This document shows, piece after piece, positions 20,271-31,560 of a stretch of 64,000 bases of DNA. The DNA lies in the NCBI GenBank assembly GCA_035343375.1, contig DAOQYW010000001.1, positions 28,695 through 92,694 of the forward strand. Direction: 5' to 3'. The DNA is from Bacteroidales bacterium (lineage in GTDB: Bacteria; Bacteroidota; Bacteroidia; Bacteroidales; ML635J-15). A model generated the notes under the pieces. That model was not told the origin of the DNA. It worked only from the letters and a program-made list of their open reading frames with translations, and did not search any database. How positions within the stretch are numbered: position 1 is the stretch's first letter; every line of letters begins with the position of its first letter. The position numbers were made by a program, and so were the translations under genes.

Positions 20271-23200
20271 TTAATTTAAACTAACATTTTCGACATAAGG
20301 ATTGTTTTCCAAAAATTCAATAAATTCTTCCGTCAAACCTATTCTTTCGGTACGTGAAAAGAGCTTAACAGAAGTGTTATCAACTGAATTAAACAATGCG
20401 AAATTAAGATTAATTTTCCCTTTATTTTTCTTAACAAGCGATAATACATCATTTATAAATTCCTCATTTATGTTTTCAACAGAAATCTGTAAAGTCAGTT
20501 TTGAAAATAAAGTATCTTTTATTTCTGACAATAAAGCCACTTTAGAAACGGAGAAGAACATTTTGGATTTATCGCTGGTTCCCTCTTTAAAATTGCAATA
20601 TATCATTAAAGAATAACCTTTCACAAAAAGATTTTTATTGTCAGTATATTCTTTACCAAAAACCATGAAGCTATATGAACCGGTGTAATCAATCATTGTC
20701 ACTTTTCCGTATGGTTTTCCGGTTTTTGTCATTCTTTCTGTAACATCTGTCACGAGTCCAACAATTTTTATATCTCTTTTCCCAACTACCTTGTCATCAT
20801 CTTCCATTTCTCTCAAACTAGTAATTTTCATGGTATTGATAATGAATTTAAAAGGATCAAGAGGGTGACCCGAAAGGTACATCCCTATATGTTCTTTTTC
20901 CAACTCAAGGAATTTTAGCAAATCATACTCAGCAACGCCTGGTATTGACGGCTGTGTTATTTCAACCGAATGTGTATCACCAAAAAGTGTCATTCCTGAA
21001 TTTGATGACTGCTGAACATTGTTTCCAAATTTAATCAGTGATTCTGTAAAAGTTTCATTTTCATTTATCAAGGCAAAAAACTGAGGTCTGGAGATTTCTT
21101 TAAAACAATCAAATGCTCCGGAAAGAGCAAGGGCTTCTATATTCTTTTTATTAACAGCATTAAGATTGACCCTCGAAACAAAATCAAATATGTCTTTAAA
21201 AGGGCCTCTATTTTCCCTCTCATCTATTATATTTTCTACTGCGTTTGTCCCCACATTTTTGATTCCTGCAAGACCAAATCTTATATTGCCTTTTTTGTTT
21301 ACCGTAAATCCCCTGAAGCTTTCATTAACATCGGGGCTGAGAACCTTAATCTTCATCCTCTTACATTCGGCCATCTGCACAGAAATTTTATCCATGTCAG
21401 AAATGTTTCGGGTTAAGTTCGCAGCCATAAACTCTGCCGGATAATGTGCTTTTAAATAAGCTGTTTGATATGCTATATAGGCATAACAGACAGAATGAGA
21501 CTTATTGAAAGCGTATCTGGCAAATGCTGACCAGTCTTTCCATATTTTATCTATTAGTTCGTCAGGATTCTTTTTCATTTGATTGCAACCGTCAATAAAA
21601 TCTGCATTATTTTTACAGCCAACAATAAACTTCTCGTGTAAATCCTCCATTGTTTTTAAGTCCTTTTTCCCCATAGCCTTTCGCAATGTGTCCGCCTGAC
21701 CACCTGTAAATCCTGCCAGGGCTATTGATTGTAGCATCACTTGTTCCTGAAAAACAGTAATTCCATAGGTATCCTTTAAATATTTTTCCATTATCGGATG
21801 ATCATAAACTGTTTTTTCCTTTCCATTTTTTCTTCGGACATAATCAGCAATATATTCCATTGGTCCCGGTCTGTAAAGAGCATTCATCGCTACCAAATCA
21901 TTAAAATGGTTCGGTTTCAATGTCCTAAGATGAGATTTCATCCCTTCAGATTCAAACTGAAATATTGATGTTGTAGCACCAACTTTAAAAATATTCAAAG
22001 TTTTTTCATCATCAAGAGAAATATGGTCTATATCTACATCGACATTTTTCGATAATTTAATATTTGATAAACATTCTTTTATGATAGACAAGGTTCTTAA
22101 TCCCAGAAAATCCATTTTTAACAAGCCTATAGACTCAACAAGAGTACCTTCATATTGAGTTGCTGCGAGATCACCATCTTCTTTTGTCCGCATTAACGGA
22201 ATATTGTTTTCCAATTTGTCGCGACCAATTAACATCCCACAGGCATGGACTCCGGTTTGCCTAACCGAACCCTCCAAAGTACATGCAATAGATAAAGCTT
22301 TAAGCATGTTAGTATCATTCTTGCTTTTTGCCTCCAGCATTTCTTCGGCAATAATTTTTCTTGTCTCACAAACCGCGGTTTCTTCTTCTTTTTCCTCTTT
22401 TTTAGCTGCAAGAATTTGCTTATCTATATTTGAAATCACTTTTTCGAGGCTGCCAAATTTCTTTTCTTCCTCAATAATTATATTATAAGCATTATTAAGT
22501 GCTCCATTTGTAGGAATTTTTTTTGTCAGAGCATTTACCTGTGATAAAGGAACCCGTAATATTCTGCAAACATCTTTAAGGGATCCCTTGGCTTTCATTG
22601 TTCCAATAGTGCAAATGTGAGCGACTTTATCCTTACCATATTTTTGCGTAACATAGTCAACTACCAAAGCTCTGCCGTCATCATCAAAATCAATATCCAC
22701 ATCAGGCATTGAAATACGTTCCGGATTAAGAAAACGTTCAAACAATAAATTAAACGCAATAGGGTCAACATCAGTAATTTTTGTACAATAAGCTACTGCC
22801 GAACCGGCTGCCGAACCTCTTCCTTTTCCTACAAGAACACCCATTTCGTGTGCTTTGGCAATAAAGTCCTGAACAATAAGGAAATAGCCGGGAAACCCCA
22901 TTGTTTTTATTGTATCAAGCTCGTATTCAATTCTTTTTTTAATTTCGTCCGAATAATTTTCACCGTATCTTTCGACAACACCCTTGTTAACAAGAAATTT
23001 TAAATAATCTGATTCGAACTTAATTCTAATTACAGAATCGTACCCTCCCAGTGCTTTGTATTTCTTTTCTGTAAATTCTCCTATTAAATCTTCTTCAGAA
23101 TATTTATTATACCAATCCTCAATTTTACCAAAACTTTCAGGAATTGGAAATTCGGGCATAATAGGGTCTTTGTTTATATTATAAACTTCAATTTTATCAG

Positions 23201-24029
23201 CAATTTCAACAGTATTTGCCAACACTTCGGGATGATCTCCAAACAAACCAAACATCTCATCGGGGGATTTAAACCATTCCTGTTTGGTATATCTCATCCT
23301 GTCAGGATCATCAACATCTGCATTTGTTGTCAGACAAATTAAAACATCATGAGCTTCGGCATCTTCTTCATTTACGAAATGAGTATCATTGGTTGCAATT
23401 ATTTTGACCCCACAATCTCTACCTAATTCAAATATTTTATCGTTAACCAACTTTTGCACATCCGAGACTTCTCTTTTTTGCTTTAATTTTTCAGAAGGAT
23501 GGTGCATAACTTCAAGATAAAAATCGTCACCAAAAACATCCTTATACCATTTAATCACTTCTTTAGCTTCTTCTATCTTATTCTCTACAATCAGTTTTGG
23601 TATTTCTCCACCCAAACATGCAGAGCTAACAATAAGCCCTTCTTTATATTTTTTTATAAGATTTTTATCTATTCTTGGCCTTTGATAAAATCCTTCAAGA
23701 CTTGCTTTCGAAACCAATTTAACCAGATTATAATACCCTGTTAGATTCTTAGCGAGTAGAATTAAATGATGCCCTGATTTATCTGAAGCTTCGGTTCTAT
23801 CATATATTGTTCTTTTTGCAACATATACCTCACAACCAATAATGGGTTTTATATTATTCTTATTACATTTTGTGTGAAATTCCTTAATTCCGAGCATTGT
23901 TCCATGATCAGTCAGTGCCAATGCTTTCATTCCAAAATCTTTTGCTTTTGCAATTAATGCGTTAATGCTTGCTGCCCCGTCTAAAATAGAATATTGTGAG
24001 TGTACGTGTAAGTGTATAAATTCCGGCAT
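20271..24029 (-). CDS. dnaE: DNA polymerase III alpha subunit
   Basis: 1252 aa. N-terminal PHP domain (FIHLHVHSQYSILDGA), polymerase core (GKGRGSAAGSAVAYC, PDVDIDF), and a C-terminal OB-fold region. Confidence 0.95.
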   Translation of the reverse strand: MPEFIHLHVHSQYSILDGAASINALIAKAKDFGMKALALTDHGTMLGIKEFHTKCNKNNIKPIIGCEVYVAKRTIYDRTEASDKSGHHLILLAKNLTGYYNLVKLVSKASLEGFYQRPRIDKNLIKKYKEGLIVSSACLGGEIPKLIVENKIEEAKEVIKWYKDVFGDDFYLEVMHHPSEKLKQKREVSDVQKLVNDKIFELGRDCGVKIIATNDTHFVNEEDAEAHDVLICLTTNADVDDPDRMRYTKQEWFKSPDEMFGLFGDHPEVLANTVEIADKIEVYNINKDPIMPEFPIPESFGKIEDWYNKYSEEDLIGEFTEKKYKALGGYDSVIRIKFESDYLKFLVNKGVVERYGENYSDEIKKRIEYELDTIKTMGFPGYFLIVQDFIAKAHEMGVLVGKGRGSAAGSAVAYCTKITDVDPIAFNLLFERFLNPERISMPDVDIDFDDDGRALVVDYVTQKYGKDKVAHICTIGTMKAKGSLKDVCRILRVPLSQVNALTKKIPTNGALNNAYNIIIEEEKKFGSLEKVISNIDKQILAAKKEEKEEETAVCETRKIIAEEMLEAKSKNDTNMLKALSIACTLEGSVRQTGVHACGMLIGRDKLENNIPLMRTKEDGDLAATQYEGTLVESIGLLKMDFLGLRTLSIIKECLSNIKLSKNVDVDIDHISLDDEKTLNIFKVGATTSIFQFESEGMKSHLRTLKPNHFNDLVAMNALYRPGPMEYIADYVRRKNGKEKTVYDHPIMEKYLKDTYGITVFQEQVMLQSIALAGFTGGQADTLRKAMGKKDLKTMEDLHEKFIVGCKNNADFIDGCNQMKKNPDELIDKIWKDWSAFARYAFNKSHSVCYAYIAYQTAYLKAHYPAEFMAANLTRNISDMDKISVQMAECKRMKIKVLSPDVNESFRGFTVNKKGNIRFGLAGIKNVGTNAVENIIDERENRGPFKDIFDFVSRVNLNAVNKKNIEALALSGAFDCFKEISRPQFFALINENETFTESLIKFGNNVQQSSNSGMTLFGDTHSVEITQPSIPGVAEYDLLKFLELEKEHIGMYLSGHPLDPFKFIINTMKITSLREMEDDDKVVGKRDIKIVGLVTDVTERMTKTGKPYGKVTMIDYTGSYSFMVFGKEYTDNKNLFVKGYSLMIYCNFKEGTSDKSKMFFSVSKVALLSEIKDTLFSKLTLQISVENINEEFINDVLSLVKKNKGKINLNFALFNSVDNTSVKLFSRTERIGLTEEFIEFLENNPYVENVSLN

Positions 24030-24172
24030 TTCTTATTTGTTTAACTGAATAATATAGAATTATAAAAATACTTCAAAAAACCAAGCTGCCCGAAAAAAGT
24101 TATAAGAAAATTTCAATAAAGTAATCAACAGATTTTTGTTAAAAAATTTATACAATTTTTTACATGCAAATA

Positions 24173-27100
24173 TTACCTGATTAGGTACATCTTTCCGATT
24201 TCCTTTTTAAAATATTTGTCTGATTCATTTGAGCGATGATCAATATCTTCTCCGTTGATTTTGGCTTTAACCTGATAGAAATATACCCCGTTTGCAAGCT
24301 GATCGCCATACATATCTTTTCCGTCCCAGGCATATTCGGTAATGTTTTTTCCAATATACACAGGACCAATCTCATCAAGAAATATTACTTTAACTAGTTT
24401 GCCTGTAACCGTAAATATCTGTATTTGCAACTCATCAGGGACTTCGCTTCCTGTAAGTTCAAAAACAAATCTTGTTCTTGTTGAAAATGGATTTGGATAA
24501 TTTAAAAGATGTGTAATTGTCGACTGTGTAATCACCTCAAAATCAACAACATAGTCGTTTTCTCCAGACTCGTTTTCAGAAACATCTTTTGCCTGAACAC
24601 GCAATCTATACAAGCCATCAGTAGTAAATATGGGGTTATAAATAATTTTTGCTGAATTTTCGGGCAAGTCTGCAGGAATCCATTCCATTGTTTCTTCCGG
24701 ATTGTCTTGCAAACCAAAATACACTCTTTTCTCTGTTCCTGTTTGTAAATCAGTTAAATATATTCTGAATAAAGAAGTGTCGTTAAGTGCCAAATATTGA
24801 TTTTCGTCTTTTAGTTTGATAAGTATTTCAGGTTTTGCTGATATTATTTCTCCATTCATAATATATCTTCCATCAAAGCTCACGTCCAGTAGTGGATTGG
24901 TTATGTCTCCCTGAACATGGAAATATTTAACCGCAATATTATTAAAATGATGCTGTTCGGGCTGATAATATGTCCCTGTTGATTCATTAATTGGATTATA
25001 CTCAATCCAAATGCTATTAATTCCTGATAAACCAATACTCGAATATACAATTGTATCAATAATTACATCACCTGAGGGATGGTTTCGAAGTTTACGAATG
25101 TCAATGTCAATAATTTCGTTCTGACTATTTTGAATCCAGTATTTAACCACCAGACTGTCCATATCCATGGTACTAATATTTTTTGTTGCAACGGCAAATT
25201 TGATTTCATCTCCTTCCTCCAAAGAGTCGCAACAAAAATAGTAACCTGATTTTGGATCAATGGCTGTTTCGGGAACGCCCAGATAACGCAATTGCCAATT
25301 TATAAGTTGAGCAGGAGTTTTATCTGTTGCATCCTTAGTGAAAAACTCAAGTTTTAAGTTAGGGTAAATGGTATAATCTATCGAATCTTCTAATCCGAAA
25401 ATCTCATAAGTATCCGGGACAATGTCTTCCATTACTTGTATCTCCTGCCCCAAATTATTAATACCATAAACTTTTAAGACTACGCTGTCATCAGAAGGAC
25501 TTTCGAGAGCCTCATGCTCCCAGTTCAATGATTTCCATGTATTTGAAGGTCCAACAGTAACACTTTTTATCTTCCCTCTATCAAAATCAGTAGATAGATT
25601 AACTGAAAGTGTTATTAGTTCGGATGATGAATTACCAAATCTCTCTTGAGTAGAAGAAGGAGTTCCTTTTTTTGTAAAAAAGATATATGGATTACCGTTT
25701 AAAACACTATTTATATAAACTGCCCCCATATCTTCAAATGTTTGTTTTACTGAATCTGGCCAGTTTTCAAAATAACCGTTAGACCATGAGTATGCTAAAA
25801 TATAATGTCCGTCAGGAACACTTTCTATCATAGCCTTCATAGCATTAAGCCCATCATAATAAACAGTGGTTCCCCAACCGGTAGTAAATGTGAAATAGAA
25901 TTGTGGCCTATTACTTGACCAGCACTGAGGATAATTTCTATGTCCAAAATCTGCAATGTCCGAAGACCATGCTAAAATTGTTTCAGGATCAATTACTGCA
26001 ATAAGCATTGCCGGTGTAGTTCCACAATTACCCCAGTCGCCCAAACCGTTTGCAATCGAGCCATCAATCCTGTACGAATTAATATTATAATTCTCAAGCC
26101 AATATTGACTGGTATTCTGACAAACCAGCTGTCTTGGATAATCCACAAAAGTAAATTTATATGCAGGTCGGTCATATATAATAAAATTGTAATCGTCTTC
26201 TTTAAACTGATAGAAATGAGCTTGTGACCATCCTTCTTCTCCCTCCATATAAATAAAAGTTGATTCTTTCCACGCAAGACTGTCGGGATTCGAATGATCT
26301 CTTGCAATACGCCAATAATATACCCTATTATCAGTCATTTCAAATGGTAATCCCCATGAAACAATTCCTCCTTCACTATAAATTGTTGTCTGATTTAATA
26401 AAGGGCTGTTATACTGATCGGTCGTATCAATCTGGAATTTATAAGCTGCCATAGCAGAAAACGGATCTCCTGTAGATGCAATCAGATTTACATTTTTTGA
26501 TGGATAAATTGAATATTTATATGGATAAACAGGAAACAAATCCCCAGACTTTATCAAAAATGCAATAGTAACCTGATTGTTATTCTCATTTGACTCATCC
26601 ACTTGTGCTCCCGCATCAACAAACACCGTAAGAGTATTAAGTCCCGGTCCGTTAAGTCTGTCAACTGGCATTTTTACATATATTGTATCAAAATAATTAC
26701 ATCCGTAAACTGGTACATTATATTCATACTGTGTTCCGTCCGGAAGACTCCGGCTAATACTTACAAAAAATGTTTCATTAGTGGCTCGTCCTATGTTTTT
26801 TACAACAATCCTCAAATCGAAACTATCTGCAACGGTTGTTATCTCACCCGGAATAAATGTTAAAAGTGCAGGAGTAACAGTAAGGTCAGGCTTTTCGAAA
26901 TAATTAATTCTAATGGATGGATCTCCATGTAATGTAAATTCGTGACAGGTAATTTCAATCCTTGGATTACTGGGATATTGATTGCCAATGTATTCTATTG
27001 AATTAATCATCTGCAACGAAATCGGCATACCATAAGCCTTATAAGCAATGTTTTTATATAACTCCCCTGCATAAATATTTAAATATGTTGCAAGTCCGTC

Positions 27101-29185
27101 TCCAACAGAAGCGAGAAAACCTATTGAGCCTTTATTTACCGAATTTACCCAACTCTCACTAATGCTTGAATGTCCCCTTAGATGAATATCCCCTGAGTAG
27201 CAAGAATTTGCAAGAATAAATGGATATTTTCCAGTATTATAATAATTCTCGGGATAATCAATGTTTTGATCAAAACCTGAAGAAGAGCCATGTCCGAAAA
27301 AAGTCATCAGACTAACCCCGTTATTAATTAAATATTGAATTGAATCTGACTGCGTTATTTGAATTGGTTCCGAGGAAGTCTTTAAAAATGTACTTACTCG
27401 CCCCCCAAATAAAGTGTCTTCTATAATTAATTTATAACTATTCAAATAACTCGCAAATGTTGTTTGTTCAGAAGCAGATATTCCACCTCCAAAATGTATT
27501 ACAGATTTCATCCACTCTTCGGGAGGGTTTGATTCATATTCTATAACTTTATCAAGGTAATTCAATATTCCTTGATTTGTTGAAACGCTAAGCCTTCCTG
27601 TTCCAACAAGAGGTTCAAACCTTGTGTCGGCAAGCCCTGCAGTCAAAAGGTTGTCGCTTGACGGATATCCCGCTGAAGGAACTAAACATTCCGCCATTAT
27701 TGTAGGGCTATTTCTAACATCAATATAATGAATAGATTTCCCAATTAGAAACATTATCTTTTGTTTATTCGAGAGCTCATAAATCTTATCATTATATCTG
27801 CGAATTGCAGACGGATGTTTTCGCACACCCCATGCAAACTGATCATAAAGTTGGTCAACATCAAGCAGTGCCACATTAAGACCTGTTGTACTTCTATAAC
27901 TGGCATATTGTTGAGCTCCTGTCCACAGATTTTTATGTGTAATAATGATAAAATCAGCCGATGGATATAATCCAATATAATCAGTAAATTTATTATTAGA
28001 ACTAACTTTTGTTATTCTATCAACGGATTTTAATCCAGCTTGATTTGCTATTGCAAGAAATCTCTCAGTACCGGTATTGTTAACAAGAGCTTTTAAGACT
28101 CCACCGGAATTTTCAACACTTATTCTCTCGTTATTAGTTAAATCGTATATGATAGCAGGGGTTGAAATATTAAAGTTTGTAATTTCGATATAGTCCTTTT
28201 CGGAAGAATAATTAATCGGTAAATAAAAATCAAAATAATTAAGATTTTCGAAATCCCATGTATGCGGATATTTAATATTAATATATGACACTGCATTTCT
28301 GTCAGGAACTTCAGGTTGGATAGCATCATTTGCCGTAAAAGTAAATTGAACAGGATTAGTTAACGATGAAGATGGTAAGGTAATATTTTCTTTAACAAAC
28401 TGGTACCCGGAATATGTCCTGTCAATTCTAACCTGTCCAAGAAACTCGACCTTTAAATGATGGGGTACAGAAGACATCACCTGATTAGCAGGGACTCCTG
28501 CTACAGTTATTTCAAAATATGTATTTGCTGTTCCCGAGAAATAATTAGGCACATTTATCGTTTTTGAACAAGGTGCATCCACTACAATAACTTGAGCGTC
28601 GAACCAACCTTCTCCTTCGGTAAATAATGACCTAATAGAGCCTTCATAATATGCCCCTGTATAGTTTACTCTGATGTTTTTGTAACAATAACCCTGTGCA
28701 TAAGGAATATATTGGGAGTATTCTGTATTATTATGGTTGGTCATTCTCCTGTTAGATGTTGAAAAATTCCAAGTAAGAAAATAAACAGAAGTGTCATTAT
28801 AAAAACTATAATCAGGATTTACCTGATTTGCCGGGTTATCGTAAAAATCAAGATCAAGATCTCCCCTATTTCTTTTGCCATAAAATTCTATATAGCTTCC
28901 CGGATCCCAAATTCCGCTGGAATTTTCGCCATGAATATAGATATATTGTTCCTCTCCATTATGAAAAATCTGAATGTTTCTTGGATCCAATGATCCCACA
29001 GGAATCCCTGAGGATAAAAGTGTTGCATAGGGTATTCTGTAAACACCATCCTCACTTATATGAATTTTAAAATATTGTTGATTATAATTTATCCACTCGT
29101 TTGCATATGATTGGGCAATACTATATTTACCTGAAATTATAATTAATAACAGCAATATAAATATATATAGTTTACCTTTTTTCAT
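24173..29185 (-). CDS. Peptidase C25 (gingipain/PorU-like) family protein, 1670 aa, with T9SS-type C-terminal domain
   Basis: Signal peptide, then a PorU-like N-terminus (YFKIHISEDGVYRIPYATLLSSGIPV). Caspase-like His/Cys dyad context MTFFGHGSSSGF ... FILANSCYSGD. The C-terminus NYPNPFSTRTRFVFEL...NGVYFYQVKA resembles a sorting or FlgD-Ig-like domain. Confidence 0.7.
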   Translation of the reverse strand: MKKGKLYIFILLLLIIISGKYSIAQSYANEWINYNQQYFKIHISEDGVYRIPYATLLSSGIPVGSLDPRNIQIFHNGEEQYIYIHGENSSGIWDPGSYIEFYGKRNRGDLDLDFYDNPANQVNPDYSFYNDTSVYFLTWNFSTSNRRMTNHNNTEYSQYIPYAQGYCYKNIRVNYTGAYYEGSIRSLFTEGEGWFDAQVIVVDAPCSKTINVPNYFSGTANTYFEITVAGVPANQVMSSVPHHLKVEFLGQVRIDRTYSGYQFVKENITLPSSSLTNPVQFTFTANDAIQPEVPDRNAVSYINIKYPHTWDFENLNYFDFYLPINYSSEKDYIEITNFNISTPAIIYDLTNNERISVENSGGVLKALVNNTGTERFLAIANQAGLKSVDRITKVSSNNKFTDYIGLYPSADFIIITHKNLWTGAQQYASYRSTTGLNVALLDVDQLYDQFAWGVRKHPSAIRRYNDKIYELSNKQKIMFLIGKSIHYIDVRNSPTIMAECLVPSAGYPSSDNLLTAGLADTRFEPLVGTGRLSVSTNQGILNYLDKVIEYESNPPEEWMKSVIHFGGGISASEQTTFASYLNSYKLIIEDTLFGGRVSTFLKTSSEPIQITQSDSIQYLINNGVSLMTFFGHGSSSGFDQNIDYPENYYNTGKYPFILANSCYSGDIHLRGHSSISESWVNSVNKGSIGFLASVGDGLATYLNIYAGELYKNIAYKAYGMPISLQMINSIEYIGNQYPSNPRIEITCHEFTLHGDPSIRINYFEKPDLTVTPALLTFIPGEITTVADSFDLRIVVKNIGRATNETFFVSISRSLPDGTQYEYNVPVYGCNYFDTIYVKMPVDRLNGPGLNTLTVFVDAGAQVDESNENNNQVTIAFLIKSGDLFPVYPYKYSIYPSKNVNLIASTGDPFSAMAAYKFQIDTTDQYNSPLLNQTTIYSEGGIVSWGLPFEMTDNRVYYWRIARDHSNPDSLAWKESTFIYMEGEEGWSQAHFYQFKEDDYNFIIYDRPAYKFTFVDYPRQLVCQNTSQYWLENYNINSYRIDGSIANGLGDWGNCGTTPAMLIAVIDPETILAWSSDIADFGHRNYPQCWSSNRPQFYFTFTTGWGTTVYYDGLNAMKAMIESVPDGHYILAYSWSNGYFENWPDSVKQTFEDMGAVYINSVLNGNPYIFFTKKGTPSSTQERFGNSSSELITLSVNLSTDFDRGKIKSVTVGPSNTWKSLNWEHEALESPSDDSVVLKVYGINNLGQEIQVMEDIVPDTYEIFGLEDSIDYTIYPNLKLEFFTKDATDKTPAQLINWQLRYLGVPETAIDPKSGYYFCCDSLEEGDEIKFAVATKNISTMDMDSLVVKYWIQNSQNEIIDIDIRKLRNHPSGDVIIDTIVYSSIGLSGINSIWIEYNPINESTGTYYQPEQHHFNNIAVKYFHVQGDITNPLLDVSFDGRYIMNGEIISAKPEILIKLKDENQYLALNDTSLFRIYLTDLQTGTEKRVYFGLQDNPEETMEWIPADLPENSAKIIYNPIFTTDGLYRLRVQAKDVSENESGENDYVVDFEVITQSTITHLLNYPNPFSTRTRFVFELTGSEVPDELQIQIFTVTGKLVKVIFLDEIGPVYIGKNITEYAWDGKDMYGDQLANGVYFYQVKAKINGEDIDHRSNESDKYFKKEIGKMYLIR

Positions 29186-29334
29186 GGTGATAAAATTACA
29201 AAAAAAAACAATCTCTTAATACATTCGTTTTGTAAATATGTTAATTGACTGTTTATTTCTCTAACTTGTCATAAATAACATATAGAAATTTATGAAGTCG
29301 TTCTCCGTATAAAAACTATATTTCCTCAAAATAT

Positions 29335-30465
29335 TTATTGCATTTCAGGCATTCTTGACTGGCTGTCTTTTTTTAGCAGTCCTCCTCCATTAAATCGATA
29401 ACTCAAAGAAAAAATATGAGAGTATAAGGCAATGCTTTGATTTCCAATGTCTGTTAAAGCATAATCAAGTCTTAAACCGTAAATATTTATGCCGACTCCA
29501 ATATTTGGTTGCCATGAAAATGAAGTTGTGTTATCGAATTCGGGTATTTGCTGAAAATTATTTACTCCGGCACGTGCAAAGACAATGTTTTTAAAACCAA
29601 ATTCTAATCCAAAAGAAGGGTCTATACTAAAAATATTTGTTTTAATAAGTGTATTTCTTTTTCCATCAGTAGTAATTTGCATCCCCAATTCCGAATATAA
29701 AGAAAAGTTATCGTTAATATTGTACATGTATCCCGATCCCAACAACAAACGTGGTAATGTTATTTCAAGGCCATTCTCAGGCACCTCATTTCCGGTTGCT
29801 TCAAAAACATCTCTTAATAAATCCTGATTAAACTTCCAGGCATTAAAAGTTGAAGTAACATCACGAATGCTTGCTCCAAATTTCCAGTTATTCACTTGAT
29901 ACATAGTCGAGACATCTAACCCAAATCCCCAGGCATTTGCAAAATCTCCAGCATTACGTCTAATTAGCTTAAAATTCCCCCCAACACTTAATCCATCAAC
30001 AGGTAACACTCTTGAGTAGGTAAATAAAAAGGCATAGTCAGCAACGGAAAATGATGAGATTCTGTCATATCTGATATTACCATCACTGTCAATTAAATCC
30101 AGAGTGTTCGGGATGTCATCTACACCAAAACGAATCATCGAAATTGCTGCAGCCGATTTATTGTCAATTTTGTATGAGGCTCCAATAAAATCATATTTAG
30201 CAATTCCTGCAAAATATTCTGAATGCATTGCTCCGATTTCCAGTTGTTTGTCAAGTTTGCACAAACCTGCCTGATTCCAATACACAGAATTAATATCATT
30301 AACAGAAGCAACAACAGAATTTCCCATTCCAAGCGCCCTGCTTCCTACACCAATTGCCAAAAATTCATTACTGTATTTTGGAGCAATCTGAGCAGACAAA
30401 TAATTTGAAATTATTAATATAATAATTAGTATTTTTGTCTTCAATTTCATATTGTCAATTTTCAA
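29335..30465 (-). CDS. PorV/PorQ-family outer-membrane beta-barrel protein (T9SS-associated)
   Basis: Signal peptide, then NEFLAIGVGSRALGMGNSVVASVNDINSVYWNQAGL, the N-terminal signature I associate with the PorV/PorQ family. Alternating beta-strand pattern and a C-terminal aromatic-rich strand. Directly upstream of the C25 gene. An alternative start at 30450 is possible. Confidence 0.65.
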   Translation of the reverse strand: MKIDNMKLKTKILIIILIISNYLSAQIAPKYSNEFLAIGVGSRALGMGNSVVASVNDINSVYWNQAGLCKLDKQLEIGAMHSEYFAGIAKYDFIGASYKIDNKSAAAISMIRFGVDDIPNTLDLIDSDGNIRYDRISSFSVADYAFLFTYSRVLPVDGLSVGGNFKLIRRNAGDFANAWGFGLDVSTMYQVNNWKFGASIRDVTSTFNAWKFNQDLLRDVFEATGNEVPENGLEITLPRLLLGSGYMYNINDNFSLYSELGMQITTDGKRNTLIKTNIFSIDPSFGLEFGFKNIVFARAGVNNFQQIPEFDNTTSFSWQPNIGVGINIYGLRLDYALTDIGNQSIALYSHIFSLSYRFNGGGLLKKDSQSRMPEMQ

Positions 30466-30527
30466 TTAACAAAATAACAGTTTATATTGATAATTATTGT
30501 CAAAATTAGAAAAAAAGTTTAATTAGC

Positions 30528-31238
30528 ATGAAAATTATTAAAAGTCTTCCATCGGTAATTAGTTCACTAAATCTTACTTCGGGGGCCGCTGCAACAATTT
30601 TTGCTTTTCAGGGAGATATAGACACAGCTATTTATCTTATTATATTTGCTGCAATTTGTGACTTTTTCGATGGGTTTGCTGCCAGATTACTTAATGCTGT
30701 GTCGGAATTCGGTAAACAAATTGATTCGCTCGCCGATTTAATAAGTTTTGGTTTTGCTCCTACTGCCTTAATTTACAATCATATTATTTCAAACCACATA
30801 CTACCAAAACATTTTGCTTTTGCAAGCCTTATTATTGTAGTTTTTTCTGCTCTTCGACTTGCTAAATTCAATATTGACACGGAACAAAAAACAGAATTTC
30901 GTGGTTTACCAACCCCTGCTTCAGCAATTTTTATAATCTCAATCTGTTGTCCTTTTGTTTTTGGATTAGTTAATTTAACCGAAGCTTTTCATAATCCTGT
31001 TTTTATTAGTTCTACAATTACAATTCTGCCTCTGTTGATGATTTCGAGAATTAAATTGTTTTCACTAAAAATTCATGGTTTTGACTTAAAAAATTATTTT
31101 TGGCAAGTCATATTGCTGATATCAACAATAATATTTTTAATAATATTCGGAATTTCGGGTTTGGCGTTCAGCATTATTTTATATCTTGCCTTATCAATTT
31201 TAAGACAATTTTTATCTAAAAATAAAACAAAATTATAG
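30528..31238 (+). CDS. pssA: CDP-diacylglycerol--serine O-phosphatidyltransferase (CDP-alcohol phosphatidyltransferase family)
   Basis: DFFDGFAARLLNAVSEFGKQIDSLADLISFG matches D-x2-DG-x2-AR-x8-G-x3-D-x3-D. Multi-pass membrane profile. Confidence 0.8.
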   Translation: MKIIKSLPSVISSLNLTSGAAATIFAFQGDIDTAIYLIIFAAICDFFDGFAARLLNAVSEFGKQIDSLADLISFGFAPTALIYNHIISNHILPKHFAFASLIIVVFSALRLAKFNIDTEQKTEFRGLPTPASAIFIISICCPFVFGLVNLTEAFHNPVFISSTITILPLLMISRIKLFSLKIHGFDLKNYFWQVILLISTIIFLIIFGISGLAFSIILYLALSILRQFLSKNKTKL

Positions 31239-31257
31239 TAAAATAAAACATATAACA

Positions 31258-31509
31258 ATGAAATTTCTAGCACAAATTAACGTAATGCCATTAAAGGCAT
31301 TATTGGATCCACAAGGAAAAGCAGTTATGAATTCTGCACAAAAAACCGGATTTGAAAGCATTACTAACGTTCGCATTGGAAAGCATATTGATGTTGAAAT
31401 ACAAGCCGACAGTAAAGAAACGGCGATTTCTAAAATTGATGAGCTTTGCAAAAAGATTCTTATTAATCCAATTATTGAATCCTACGATTTCAATATTTAC
31501 GAAATTTAA
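31258..31509 (+). CDS. purS: Phosphoribosylformylglycinamidine synthase subunit PurS
   Basis: 83 aa. MKFLAQINVMPLKALLDPQGKAVMNSAQKTGF...VRIGKHIDVEI is the typical PurS pattern and size. Confidence 0.8.
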   Translation: MKFLAQINVMPLKALLDPQGKAVMNSAQKTGFESITNVRIGKHIDVEIQADSKETAISKIDELCKKILINPIIESYDFNIYEI

Positions 31510-31560
31510 AAAAAACTTTTGCAAATATAAATACAGGTTGTATATTTGCAGCCTCAAAAT

